NCBI GenBank assembly: GCA_003649205.1
Contig: QMRC01000003.1
Coordinates: forward strand, 128,001-192,000
Source of the DNA: Thermoprotei archaeon
GTDB lineage: Archaea; Thermoproteota; Thermoprotei; Thermoproteales; B15-G16
Length of the DNA: 64,000 bases
Direction of reading: 5' to 3'
Shown: piece by piece, positions 48,401 to 58,800 of the stretch
Position numbering within the stretch: position 1 is the stretch's first letter
How the letters are laid out: each line of letters starts with the position of its first letter
The notes under the pieces: generated by a model
What the model was told of the DNA's origin: nothing
Seen by the model: only the letters and a program-made list of their open reading frames with translations
Database searches by the model: none
Translations under genes and position numbers: made by a program

Positions 48401-50115
48401 TTTTTGACCGTAAAGTACTTAGCTAATTCGCCAACTACTTCACTTAGCTCACTTACCGATTTAAATGGTCTCATCCTCATGATCTTCCTTACCTTGTCTT
48501 CAGTCATACCTGGAATCAGCTTCAGTACCTTGAGGGGAGCTGAATTCACGTCAAGGGGGTACGGTACAGCAACTACAGATCTAAATCCATGGTCAACCAC
48601 TAGGAAGTCCATGTACTTACCTAGCTCTAACCTCATGGGACACCATATGAGTAGGGGGTATGTGCCTACTTGTCTAGCATATGTACCACCACCGTAGTGA
48701 GCTTCTGTAAATGCTCTCTTCAGTACGGTACCCTTGGGAACTACTTTCCTGAGCATGGGTAAGTCTATTTCCTTACGTACCTTCCTCTTGAAGCTTTGAA
48801 AGTAGTTCCAATGTCTCCTAATTATTGAGGTACCTACGCTAGCCATTCGAGTACACGGTAGTACGAGTACCTGTCTAATGTTTACTCTCCTAATGAGGTA
48901 ACCTAGCTCAAGTACCTTCTTTAGGAATATGTAGTTGAGGTAGTACGTTTCTTTTGTTTCACCTATTAATCCACAGACGAAGTTTACTCCAGGTAGTAGT
49001 TCAGGTAACCCATTCCAACCACGTACAGAACCAACTTCACATATTATCCTAATTGCCTCAAGAGCTTCATCGGGCATTACCTTAAGGTTATTCAACCTAA
49101 CAACTCTTGGGTCAGCACTCTCAATACCGAAGGCAGCTACATCACCTGGTGTGTGGTACTTGATTATTATCTTGGTTATTTCTCTCGCTTCTCTTGGATG
49201 ATGATAGACTGTACCCGGATTAACATTATCTATGTGTAGAGTCTCGAGTTCTGGAGCAACATTCCTTATACCACGAAATAATCTCTCAATAACTTCAGGT
49301 CTAGGTTTAGGGAACTCCTCAACGCCTGTATCCTTAGCCCAGTAAGCGTAGAGATCTGGTTGCCGACCAATCCTAAAGCACCTAACACCCCATTCGTACA
49401 GTGCTCTAATTTCCTCAACAACATCCTCTACATCTCTAAACTTAACACAACCCCAAAGTGGTTCAATACAGAATGAACAGCCGCCAGTTATGTACCTTGG
49501 ACACCCTCTATATGTCTCGATCTCACAAATCAGGTTCTTACCATAGTTCGGGTGCTGAGTAACTATCCTCGCACCCTTGATAGCGAATTCACGTATTTCT
49601 CGATAGCTCTCCCTCAACCTATGTGGATCAACGTAATCAACTCTAAGACCCTCCCTAACTAGGTCATGCACAACAACCTCGATATCACCTGGAACCACTA
49701 AGTCAAAGTACTTACTGAAGTACTCTGGTGGAGTAGCTATTTCACCACCAACACCACCAAGACCAAACCTAGCAACAGGACCACCGAGAACCTTAATAGG
49801 CTTCCTCATTAACTGTGGCCATAGAGTTAATTCCTCTTCCTTAATTGGTTCGCCACCTAAGTACTTACCTGGAACTATGACACCAGCTATGAACACCACT
49901 AGATCTGATTCATTGCATATCTTCATGACCTCACTGAAGTGTGCCCTAACGTAGTCAACGGTGAAGTACAGTACCTGTGCAGAGGGATTTACTGACCATA
50001 CAGCTCCTGCTACATACCTTGGGAAGACATCTAGGTACGGTGGTACACCAAGTCCTGCTGGAGTATCCACATAACCATCGATTATAACTACCTTCTCAAC
50101 TAACTTCCCAACCAT
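48397..50115 (-). CDS. Radical SAM protein with TRAM-like and C-terminal helix-hairpin-helix regions (COG1031-like)
   Basis: IDGYVD.PAGLGVPPY, EIETYRGCPRYITGGCSFC (Cx7Cx2C), LHIDN.NP, DVNSA....L..IPG. Confidence 0.85.
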   Translation of the reverse strand: MVGKLVEKVVIIDGYVDTPAGLGVPPYLDVFPRYVAGAVWSVNPSAQVLYFTVDYVRAHFSEVMKICNESDLVVFIAGVIVPGKYLGGEPIKEEELTLWPQLMRKPIKVLGGPVARFGLGGVGGEIATPPEYFSKYFDLVVPGDIEVVVHDLVREGLRVDYVDPHRLRESYREIREFAIKGARIVTQHPNYGKNLICEIETYRGCPRYITGGCSFCIEPLWGCVKFRDVEDVVEEIRALYEWGVRCFRIGRQPDLYAYWAKDTGVEEFPKPRPEVIERLFRGIRNVAPELETLHIDNVNPGTVYHHPREAREITKIIIKYHTPGDVAAFGIESADPRVVRLNNLKVMPDEALEAIRIICEVGSVRGWNGLPELLPGVNFVCGLIGETKETYYLNYIFLKKVLELGYLIRRVNIRQVLVLPCTRMASVGTSIIRRHWNYFQSFKRKVRKEIDLPMLRKVVPKGTVLKRAFTEAHYGGGTYARQVGTYPLLIWCPMRLELGKYMDFLVVDHGFRSVVAVPYPLDVNSAPLKVLKLIPGMTEDKVRKIMRMRPFKSVSELSEVVGELAKYFTVKN

Positions 50116-50211
50116 TTCACGTTCATTAGCTCTACTTCAGCTTAAAAACGTACTAACTTACCAATCCCTATTAGGCTAAGGTTTTTAGACTTAGCCACAG
50201 TTCACTAGACT

Positions 50212-50943
50212 ATGGGAGAGCTAAATGGTGTTAAGTCACTAGAGCTACTAGTTCTAGTCGATAACACTCCAGGACGTGAGGAATTACGCTCTGCATGGGG
50301 TCTTTCCATACTATTGAAGACAGATAGCTACGTAGGGCTCTTCGATACAGGTCCCGACCCCTATACCCTTCAGCACAACATGGATGTCCTCGGTATCGAT
50401 CCTAAGTCACTAAGCTTCATAGTTATCTCTCACGACCATTGGGATCACGTCGGTGGTTTAAGATACTTAGCTGAGTCCGGTACTAGGTGCAACGTATTCA
50501 TCCCATCATCAGCAATCGATCTAGGCGAATGGCTGCAAAGACATGGATTTATAGTTACCAGAGTTGATTCACGTACTGAAGTTGCTCAAGGTACTACTGT
50601 ATTCCTGTTGGGGAACTTCATTGATGAGCTATCTATGGTAGTCACTGTCAAGAACTTCGGTGGTGTACTGCTTGTAGGTTGCTCACATCCAGGTATTGAA
50701 CGTATTGTTGAGACTGCACATGGGATTGCAAAAAGGCTTAGAGTTGTTATTGGTGGTATGCACCTACTCGATGCATCTGAAGATAGGTTGAGAAAGGTAG
50801 TGAATACGTTTGAGCAGTATAGTATTGATGAGGTCTACGCTATTCATTGTACCGGTGATGTAGCTACTGAGTACTTCCGTGAGAAACTACCTTCGTACAG
50901 AGTAGGTTTTACGGGTTTGGTTCTCAGGTACGGTACTTGCTAG
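50212..50943 (+). CDS. Metallo-beta-lactamase fold protein (COG1237-like)
   Basis: LVDN, WGLSI, FDTG, SHDHWDHVGG, GCSHPG, GGMHL, HCTG. Confidence 0.88.
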   Translation: MGELNGVKSLELLVLVDNTPGREELRSAWGLSILLKTDSYVGLFDTGPDPYTLQHNMDVLGIDPKSLSFIVISHDHWDHVGGLRYLAESGTRCNVFIPSSAIDLGEWLQRHGFIVTRVDSRTEVAQGTTVFLLGNFIDELSMVVTVKNFGGVLLVGCSHPGIERIVETAHGIAKRLRVVIGGMHLLDASEDRLRKVVNTFEQYSIDEVYAIHCTGDVATEYFREKLPSYRVGFTGLVLRYGTC

Positions 50944-51146
50944 ACTTCTCTAACTGGGCACTTATCCTTTATCTTCTTCAATATCTCTTCAGCAGTCTTT
51001 GGGTCTAGCTTAATTGTATAGAGGTACCTCTTCAATCTGAGCTTAAGCTTAACTATACCCTCATCCTCAAGTCTCTTAACACGGCATTCCCTTGCGTACT
51101 GAGCTAATCTAATGAACTCATCAATATTGAATATTTCCTTCGGCAT
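50940..51146 (-). CDS. rpl38e: 50S ribosomal protein L38e
   Basis: MPKEI....EF, CRVKR, VKLKLR..RYLYT. Confidence 0.9.
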   Translation of the reverse strand: MPKEIFNIDEFIRLAQYARECRVKRLEDEGIVKLKLRLKRYLYTIKLDPKTAEEILKKIKDKCPVREV

Positions 51147-51177
51147 AATCCCTAACCACGACCTCTAGGGTACTGAA

Positions 51178-52443
51178 TTATAAATCTTCTTCGTGGCCTA
51201 TCTCTGGTACCTCCACATCGAAGTTCATTTCCCTGAGGTACTCAGCAAACTTCACACCACCTTCAGGCTCTGTATGTACCAGCACGATCTTAGCATCACT
51301 AAATCTCTTAACGAAATTAATTAGTTCCCTTCTACCGCAATGTGATGAGAAGTCAAACCACTCCACTCTAGCCTCTACTCTAAGCTTCTCAGCACCTAGC
51401 TCAAAGGTACCTTCCTCAAGTATTCTGAAGCCAGGTGTAGTAGGTGATTGGTAACTAACGAAGATTACTGCATTACGTGGATCACTGTACAGCTTCTTTA
51501 GGTAGAATAGTGCTGCACCACCTTTGAGCATACCTGCTGGTGATATTATTACGCAGGGTTTCTTGAGTATCCTCTTCCTCATATCCCATCCGTTAACCTG
51601 CTCAACTCTCTCAAGCACATCCATATATCTCCTGTAGTCCCTAAGATATCGTGGGTACTTAGCTAGAATCTCCGCAGCTTGCCTAGCCATTCCATCGACG
51701 TATATCGGGTACTCTGGGATCTCTTCAGCACACACAAACATTATCTCTTGTGCTCTACCTACGGAGAATGCTGGTACCAGTACCTTACCACCTTCATTAA
51801 GGACCTCCAGCACTGTTCTAACGAACTTTCTCCTCACATCTTCCCTCCTTGGATGATTGTAGAGTGCGTACGTTGCCTCCATGATCACGACATCTACCTT
51901 CCCTACACTGTACACATCTGCACCCCTGAGCAATTCCGTCGATACCGTGTTGAAGTCTCCTGTGTACAGTATCCTCTTGTCATCGACCTCTATCACAGTC
52001 ATTATGCTACCTGGTATGTGACCAGCATTTAGGAAGGTTATGCGGAAACTACCTAGCTCAAGTGATTCGCCGTACTCAATAGCTTGTACGTTCCTCATCA
52101 TTTTTCTTATCTCAACATCCTCGTATGGTAGGTAGTAACCAGAGATCTTCAACATGTCATTCAGTAGTAAATTGCTTAATTCTGCAGTTAAGCTCGTGGT
52201 ATAGAGTGGTAGTGAGTACGTTGTGTAGAGTAGTGGTATTGCACCACAGTGATCGAGGTGAGCATGAGATAGTACAATACCTTTTAGCTCTTTTGGTGCT
52301 ACGTGCAGTGGAAATACTGGTCTATCATTTTCGTCAAAGCCAACACCGTAGTCGAGAAGTAGCTTCTCACCACTACGTGACTCAAGTAGTATAGCTGTTC
52401 TACCGACTTCCCTACCTGAACCAAGTATCTTTAGCTTAACCAT
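51178..52443 (-). CDS. Beta-CASP ribonuclease (aCPSF2-like, no KH domains)
   Basis: GSGREVGR, SHAHLDH, GHIPGS, YTGD, MEATY, FSVGRAQE, FSSH, LVH.E. Confidence 0.9.
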   Translation of the reverse strand: MVKLKILGSGREVGRTAILLESRSGEKLLLDYGVGFDENDRPVFPLHVAPKELKGIVLSHAHLDHCGAIPLLYTTYSLPLYTTSLTAELSNLLLNDMLKISGYYLPYEDVEIRKMMRNVQAIEYGESLELGSFRITFLNAGHIPGSIMTVIEVDDKRILYTGDFNTVSTELLRGADVYSVGKVDVVIMEATYALYNHPRREDVRRKFVRTVLEVLNEGGKVLVPAFSVGRAQEIMFVCAEEIPEYPIYVDGMARQAAEILAKYPRYLRDYRRYMDVLERVEQVNGWDMRKRILKKPCVIISPAGMLKGGAALFYLKKLYSDPRNAVIFVSYQSPTTPGFRILEEGTFELGAEKLRVEARVEWFDFSSHCGRRELINFVKRFSDAKIVLVHTEPEGGVKFAEYLREMNFDVEVPEIGHEEDL

Positions 52444-52487
52444 CGCAGTTACCCTTCAGAGCTTGCTCAATGTCGTAATGTGAGTAC

Positions 52488-53843
52488 CTAATAAACCTTA
52501 TCTAATATACAAAACCACTTAACGACAGGACAGTGGTGTATCCACGGGTGCTCCAACCCAGATCGCTCCAGTGGCTTAGTTAAGTGTCTATGTGCTCTCT
52601 TACTTGCTACCCACGTACCACATACCTCATCACCAACGTAATTGAGAGACTTGATCTTGATGCTGCTGATTCTGAAGCCACATCTACGACACTTAACACC
52701 ACCTCTAGCACCAAGAGAGGTCATTGTCTTACCACATCGTGGACATGGTACATTACCCTCAACAACCCTAGGAGTAGACTTCTCAACGATGATCTTCTCG
52801 ACATTTAAAGTCAACTTACCACCAGGTAGTGGTCTCACACCACCCATAACATACACCACATCACCTGGACGTAACTTGAGCGCCATACTCCTCAAGATAC
52901 CTGTCTCCCGATATACAGAACACTCAACAACGCGACCATCTACAGCTACCTTGAGAATAACGTGAGATCCAGGTAGTACCCTCGGTACATCAATTACTAC
53001 TCCACGTACTGTAATGGAGTCGTAGGGATGTACTGAGGTAGTTAGGTTACAGAGATGAGCATCAGTACCTTGATTAGTCCTAAAGAGACACCAACCATAT
53101 ACCTCCTCCTCAACACGTATGTACTTCAGGGAGTGAATCAGCACTAGAGGATCCTCACCTCTAACACCATAGAGAACAGGATCAGGACCATGAGGAGTAA
53201 TCAGCACTCTTTCACCCTCCTCATCAACATTATTGAACGTCAGAAACTTAGTAACCTCATCAAACTCGAGAACAGACTCAAACACGACTTTCCTCTCAAG
53301 ACCCCAATTCTCAGGACTACGGTATACAAGGAACTCATAGGTAAAGTCCTCCATATCGTACGCACCAACAGCAGCTAAAGCACCGATTAACCCTCTCAAC
53401 TTACCCCTCTTGACGGATACAACACGTATAGGAACTCTACTCAAGATCCTCTCAACAACACTAAGCGGAACAACAGTGTACAGCGCCCTACGGTATAACC
53501 ACTTAACATCCTCAGGAACTGGATCGGGAATGAGAACAGCAGTAGGAGCAGACTTACCATGTTCAACATCCGAGAACTCGCGAAGAGCCCCATCAACAAC
53601 ATCAACTACCCTATCGAGATCACCTGGCTCAACCTCTACCGTAAGAGCAACAGCACCATTACCTCTAGTCTTCCAAGGAATATTCGGATTCAACCTAACT
53701 AACCTAGGAACCTCAGCAAATACAACGCCAATATCCACTAACCTACGACATAAATTGAGAGCTACATAGGTCGTACAACCAGCTCTAGGAGAATCAGTAT
53801 CATCAAGACCTATGTGAATCCTCAATCTCTCCATAATCTCCAC
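52488..53843 (-). CDS. tiaS: tRNA(Ile2) agmatinylcytidine synthase
   Basis: IGLDDTDS..GCTT, LNPNIPWKTRGN, PHGPDPVLYGVRG, TNQGTD, OB fold, CPRC/CRRC, RHLTKPL. Confidence 0.95.
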   Translation of the reverse strand: MEIMERLRIHIGLDDTDSPRAGCTTYVALNLCRRLVDIGVVFAEVPRLVRLNPNIPWKTRGNGAVALTVEVEPGDLDRVVDVVDGALREFSDVEHGKSAPTAVLIPDPVPEDVKWLYRRALYTVVPLSVVERILSRVPIRVVSVKRGKLRGLIGALAAVGAYDMEDFTYEFLVYRSPENWGLERKVVFESVLEFDEVTKFLTFNNVDEEGERVLITPHGPDPVLYGVRGEDPLVLIHSLKYIRVEEEVYGWCLFRTNQGTDAHLCNLTTSVHPYDSITVRGVVIDVPRVLPGSHVILKVAVDGRVVECSVYRETGILRSMALKLRPGDVVYVMGGVRPLPGGKLTLNVEKIIVEKSTPRVVEGNVPCPRCGKTMTSLGARGGVKCRRCGFRISSIKIKSLNYVGDEVCGTWVASKRAHRHLTKPLERSGLEHPWIHHCPVVKWFCILDKVY

Positions 53844-54354
53844 TACGATCTACAGACATCAATTTCTTCAGAATCTCATCCTCAGCACTTAAGTTACCAC
53901 GAGCATACTCATCTAGTAACTCCCTATTCAACTCAATGAAGTGAAGACCCCACTTAAACAACGACAGCACTCTCTCAGCGAGCTCTCTATACCCAAGAAT
54001 GTAGAGAGCAGCTGCAATAGCCTCAACACTACTGAGCCTATACGGTTTAGCGTAGTTCACCGGATTAGCAGCGAAGAGGAGCGGCAACCTCCTATGCACA
54101 CCTCTCAACCTTCTCTTAAACACCTCTTCTGCTCTTTTCCAGGAGCAATCAACTACAACAATACCGTACTTCTCAGCTATAGATACATCACTTGGCGTCA
54201 ACACAGTCCTAGCATATGGATTGAGTACTATAGCTCTCGGAGGGTAATCATGTACCGAGAATACTCGCTCTGCTAGACCTTTCCTCGCTAACTTAATCCC
54301 TGTGCACTTACCTGGATCACAATGCCTCCAATCTAGGACGTATATCTTGATCAT
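53803..54354 (-). CDS. tsr3: 16S rRNA aminocarboxypropyltransferase
   Basis: CDPGKCTG.KL, DCSW, RRLPLLFAANPVNY, LSSVEA, FKWG.HF..LN. Confidence 0.95.
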   Translation of the reverse strand: MIKIYVLDWRHCDPGKCTGIKLARKGLAERVFSVHDYPPRAIVLNPYARTVLTPSDVSIAEKYGIVVVDCSWKRAEEVFKRRLRGVHRRLPLLFAANPVNYAKPYRLSSVEAIAAALYILGYRELAERVLSLFKWGLHFIELNRELLDEYARGNLSAEDEILKKLMSVDRSGDYGEIEDSHRS

Positions 54355-54379
54355 GAGTTATCACGAAGTACTAATTTGA

Positions 54380-54716
54380 GCGCCCTAGGGCCGGTAGTAG
54401 CCCACCTTCTGTCTTGCGGGATTAGTCTCAGGGCCCACCCGGGCCTTCGTGCGGGGACCTCATCGGCCCCTATTTGGCCCTTTTGCCGTGGGCTGGTCGT
54501 CTCACCCTCCTCCCACCATTGTCAGTGGTTAGGACCGCGTTACCGCGGTCCATCCCACCTCATCCACATCCAGTGGGAGGGGTCTCGTTTCTGTACCCTA
54601 TCCCGGAGATTTCCCCCGGCGGCTTACGCCGCCACGGCCCCCGCTACCTGGTGGAGCTTCCTCAGGGGGCCCGTCGCCGGAGCCCCCCGACGCCCGCTAC
54701 CGGCCCTAGGGCGCCC
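54380..54716 (-). ncRNA. rnpB: RNase P RNA (archaeal)
   Basis: GC-rich island; terminal P1 helix GCGCCCTAGGGCCGGTAG; GAGGAAGCTCCACC / ACAGAAGGTGGGCTAC P4 strands; ACAGAAAC; TTTATAAA at 54738-45. Confidence 0.93.
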
Positions 54717-54810
54717 AGATTGAGTAGTTACTTAGGATTTATAAATCTATGTACTACAGCTAACTATGTGAATGAGGGAATAGTTCAAGAGTAACCCACT
54801 AACTCTTCTG

Positions 54811-55758
54811 GTGATGTGTGAGGGATCTACCTTGTCAATACCAGCTATTGAACCATCCCACATCTATAAGAAGTTAAGTAAGGTGCTAAAGTTCAGTGAA
54901 ATTATCTGGTATCTCAATAATGTACTGAAGATAGTTGACATGTCTCTTCATACATACAGGTACAGATACAAAGTACTTACAGATCCTGCTAAACATGTTT
55001 ATGTAATAGTTTTTGAGGATGAGTCAGGTAACGTAGTATTCGTGGATATTACTTCGTGTGAAGACCCTAGACCATACCTAGAACACCTAGCTCTTCCCAG
55101 TACCGTGATTGAGAAGTACTATGATTTGTGGAAGAGAGCTAGAGATTATGTAGAGACCATGAGTAGGACCATAGCATTCAAGCCGCTAAAACCCTTCGAT
55201 ATGAGAGACCTAGAGATTGCTATGGCAGCTGTGAAAGAGGTATTTCCAAGATTCATAATTAAGGAGTTAGAACCTATGGAGATGCCCAGTGAAGCATATG
55301 ATCCAGGTAGGAATCAGTATAGAGCTGAGATCGTCTTGGATGCTCTCGAAAAGGTGAAGAGAGATATTAGTTGTGATTTCCTCATAGGGTTCACCTCTGC
55401 AGATATCTACAGTGGAAACCTGAACTTCGTCTTTAGCCTTCAGAATAAACCCATTGAACCATCTATAGCGGTATTCTCAACAGCTAGACTACACAATAGC
55501 TTCTACGGTGCAGAGGAAGTACCGGAAGTGACTAGGGAGAGAATAAGGAAGCAGCTTCTGCACATAGTATACCACCACCTTGGACTACCTGATTGTCCCA
55601 ATAGTCGTTGTGTAATGGCTTACGTCAATTCAGTAATGGATGTTGACTCAAAGACTATGGATCTGTGTAGTCTCTGTAAAGCACTCCTCATCAAGAACTA
55701 CATGTACAAAATCCTTGTGGGTGAGAGCAGAGTCCTCGGTGAGCAGTACATAATGTAA
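54811..55758 (+). CDS. Archaemetzincin (M54)-like protein with N-terminal extension and degenerate active site
   Basis: AYDPGRNQY.A, DIY...LNFVF, STARL, C.N..CVM..NSV.DVD.K...LC..C. Confidence 0.8.
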   Translation: MMCEGSTLSIPAIEPSHIYKKLSKVLKFSEIIWYLNNVLKIVDMSLHTYRYRYKVLTDPAKHVYVIVFEDESGNVVFVDITSCEDPRPYLEHLALPSTVIEKYYDLWKRARDYVETMSRTIAFKPLKPFDMRDLEIAMAAVKEVFPRFIIKELEPMEMPSEAYDPGRNQYRAEIVLDALEKVKRDISCDFLIGFTSADIYSGNLNFVFSLQNKPIEPSIAVFSTARLHNSFYGAEEVPEVTRERIRKQLLHIVYHHLGLPDCPNSRCVMAYVNSVMDVDSKTMDLCSLCKALLIKNYMYKILVGESRVLGEQYIM

Positions 55759-55827
55759 TGTGTGAATTTGTAGTATAGTATTTGGTGAAGTAGCTGAAGT
55801 GTTTACATTAGGTTGATGTAGCAGTAC

Positions 55828-58800
55828 TTAACCACTCTGCTTGCTAGACAGTAAGCTATCAGCGAGTAGGTACAGTACGTACAGTGCCTTCACCCTATTA
55901 GCAAGATATCTCTCCACTAGTTCTCGTTCATTCCGTGTTAATTCGCTTCTCCTCTCCTGTGTGAGCTTCGTGAGTACGCTATGTACCGTCTCTATACTTG
56001 GCTCTAGTGAAAGCTCTAACTCAGGTACCTTAAGCTCCTCAATTATCGTAGGTACTGAAGTAGGTTCAATACCTGCGTTCCTCAGATGCTCATACACATC
56101 AACTCCATGCTCCTTAACTAGCTTCACCAATCTCTTCAATTGGACTACCTCAAGTTCTCTAGCTACGACATCTCTACCTGGTACAAGTAGTCGATAACCA
56201 TCGTAGTACACGTACTCCTCTAGCTCTACCTCAAGTAGTCTCAACACTTCAGGTGGCTTCACAAAGGTCGTGCCGTAACACGTCTCTACTACAGTCCTCA
56301 CTTCATCACCATCAAAGTAAGCTATGGCAACCAGGTACCTAGGGAACCTAACCCTCTCCTCAGGTAGCTCATGAATAAGTAGGTCAAAGGTAACTAACTT
56401 CAACCCTCTGCTAGGTCTTGGAATTGTGATTTCTCTTCCTCTAAGTACTGCTCTGAGTCTATGCCTTAGCTCAAGATAGTCTATTACTCTCTTCGCAGCT
56501 TCCCTAACTACCTCCCAGCTACAGTTCAGAGATATGAAATCAGAGTAAGCTACCTCATCAACTTGACTAAGTAGTACTAGATCCAGGTCATCAGGTACAT
56601 AGCTATCAACTAGTTTACGTATACTTGACCAGTCAAGTAGCTGAAGTACTCCAGAGGCTTCAGGTTCATGTAGCTCGATGAACTTCTTCTCACCAACCTT
56701 CTCCACTCCATACAGTATGGTTTCAAGAGGTATACCGAGTACTCTCCTCAAAATAATCGTTATGTATGCTAGCCCTAGCCTAAGTAGTACAGGATCTTCC
56801 CTCTCATCAACCTCCACGAGAATACCGTATGTGTAGTCACGGTACTCACCTACACAGAGTGAAGGTACGTAGATTGCTCGTCTTGAGTACGTAACTACAT
56901 GCCTATTCTGAACCTGAATTATCTTCGGCTTCTCAGAGGTGATGATCCATACTACACGGTTAGGTAACTTCCTCAGTAATCCAAATCCCATTCTAGGTGG
57001 ATACACAACACAATGTACCTGTGAAGTTATCTTTCCCTTAACCACATCACGTAGGAAATTAGGCTCCTCACCCCACTCCCTCTTCACAAGAATGTACTCT
57101 TCATAGGCATCAGCTAGCACATCACTCTCATAGAAGTTAATGCAGTTCAAAGGTTGCTCGAGAACAGCAGTTACAGACCTACCTCTCTTACTCAGCTTCA
57201 GATCAGTCACCATAGCTAGATTAGCAACGTCAATACACCCTACCTGAAATCTCTCAACAAGATCACACCTACCGATTGGTTCTAGAACCTTTACCTCAGT
57301 TCCATCACTGAGATACCTCTTAACACCGTAAGGTGGTCCAAATTCGTAGAAGTTAATCCTCTCCCAAATGTACTTAATCAACCTCTCATTAATCTCCTTC
57401 TCACCACGTAACACACCTAAGTCCTTGAGTAACTTCACCTCATCATCACTTAGAGGAACCCTCATCCAGGGTGATAACAACTTAGCCAATGCTAGAAATA
57501 GCTTCACATAGTCGTTACTGGGATTCACCAAGGTCTTCTCCAGTGGTAGCTTAAGCCACTTCTCAAGTACTTCACTACCCTTAGTCAGTAACTCCCAATC
57601 CCACCTAGATGAGGGTATGATCAATGTCTCAGTAAACGGAATGTCTCTCCTACGACCCTTCCTCCCCTCCCTCTGATAGAACTCCCTAACATCTTCAGGA
57701 AGACCAACGTGAACAACCCTAACTACGGTACCTATGTCAATACCTTGAGTAAGTGTACGAGGACTAACGATTACCTTAACTAAGCCCTTCCTAGCTCTCT
57801 CCTCAATCTCCTCACGAACCTTCTTAGGAACTAAGTGATGGTGAGTAGCTACCAGCTCACCCTTATCACCAAGTGAACTCTTTAACTTCCTAGCAATATC
57901 CTCAGCTCTAGCAATACTCCTAGTGAAGACTAAGGTAACACCATCATCCTCCACATATCTTTGCAATATCTCACATAGGTCAATACCTAAGGTAGGTACT
58001 TCAAACCCGAGAGCACTTAAGTAAGCAAGTACCCTATGTGGATTCCTACGGAACTTCTCAAAGTCCTTAAGTGCTTCAAGTACCTCTCCATCAATGTCAC
58101 CTCTCGTAGCTAACTTACTGTACAGATCACTTAACTTCCTCCAAATACCCTCTAAGTTCTTACCGAGAACTACGTAGGTGAAGTTCTTGACATGAAACGG
58201 CTTACCCTCAACAACTCTGTAATCTCTTCCAGTTACTTCACGTAGGTACTGTCCTATGTCATCTGGATTAGCTAGAGTAGCCGTCAAGATAACGACCTGT
58301 GGCTTCACCTCACTAAACATTGAAATTACACGAAGCATAGCAAGTAGTAGAGCTAAGCTCCTAGGACCGTAGAAGTCCAGCTCATCGATAACTACTAGAT
58401 CTAGTTTCCTGAAGAAATGGTAGAGGTATGGTCTTGAGGGATTGAGTACAAGTTTCTTAACCTCATGAAGAAGATACGCAGGATTAGTGATCACCAAATT
58501 AGCTGTACTCACTTCACGTCTCAAACCATGAGAACCTAACTTCTTGATCAATTCATCTCTTCTAGGAGCATCTAGTTGGAGAACCTTAATACCAACAGCT
58601 CTAGCATAACGCTCAATTCTCCTAATCTGATCATTTGCTAGAGCTAGAGTAGGGTATAGAGCAATTGCTCTGAGACCACCCTCCTTAGCTCTACGTAGGA
58701 AGTACATGACCCAAGCCTCAGTCTTCCCAGATCCAGTACCTGATTTCAATATGACGTTGTAGCCCTGCTCCAAGTAGTTCAAGGCCTCCCACTGATGCCT

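Noticed and set aside
54376-54794. 115-aa and 106-aa + strand ORFs; also first considered as SRP RNA
   Set aside because: Antisense to a GC-rich structural RNA. The P4 motifs GAGGAAGCTCC and ACAGAAGGTGGGCT identify RNase P RNA, not SRP.
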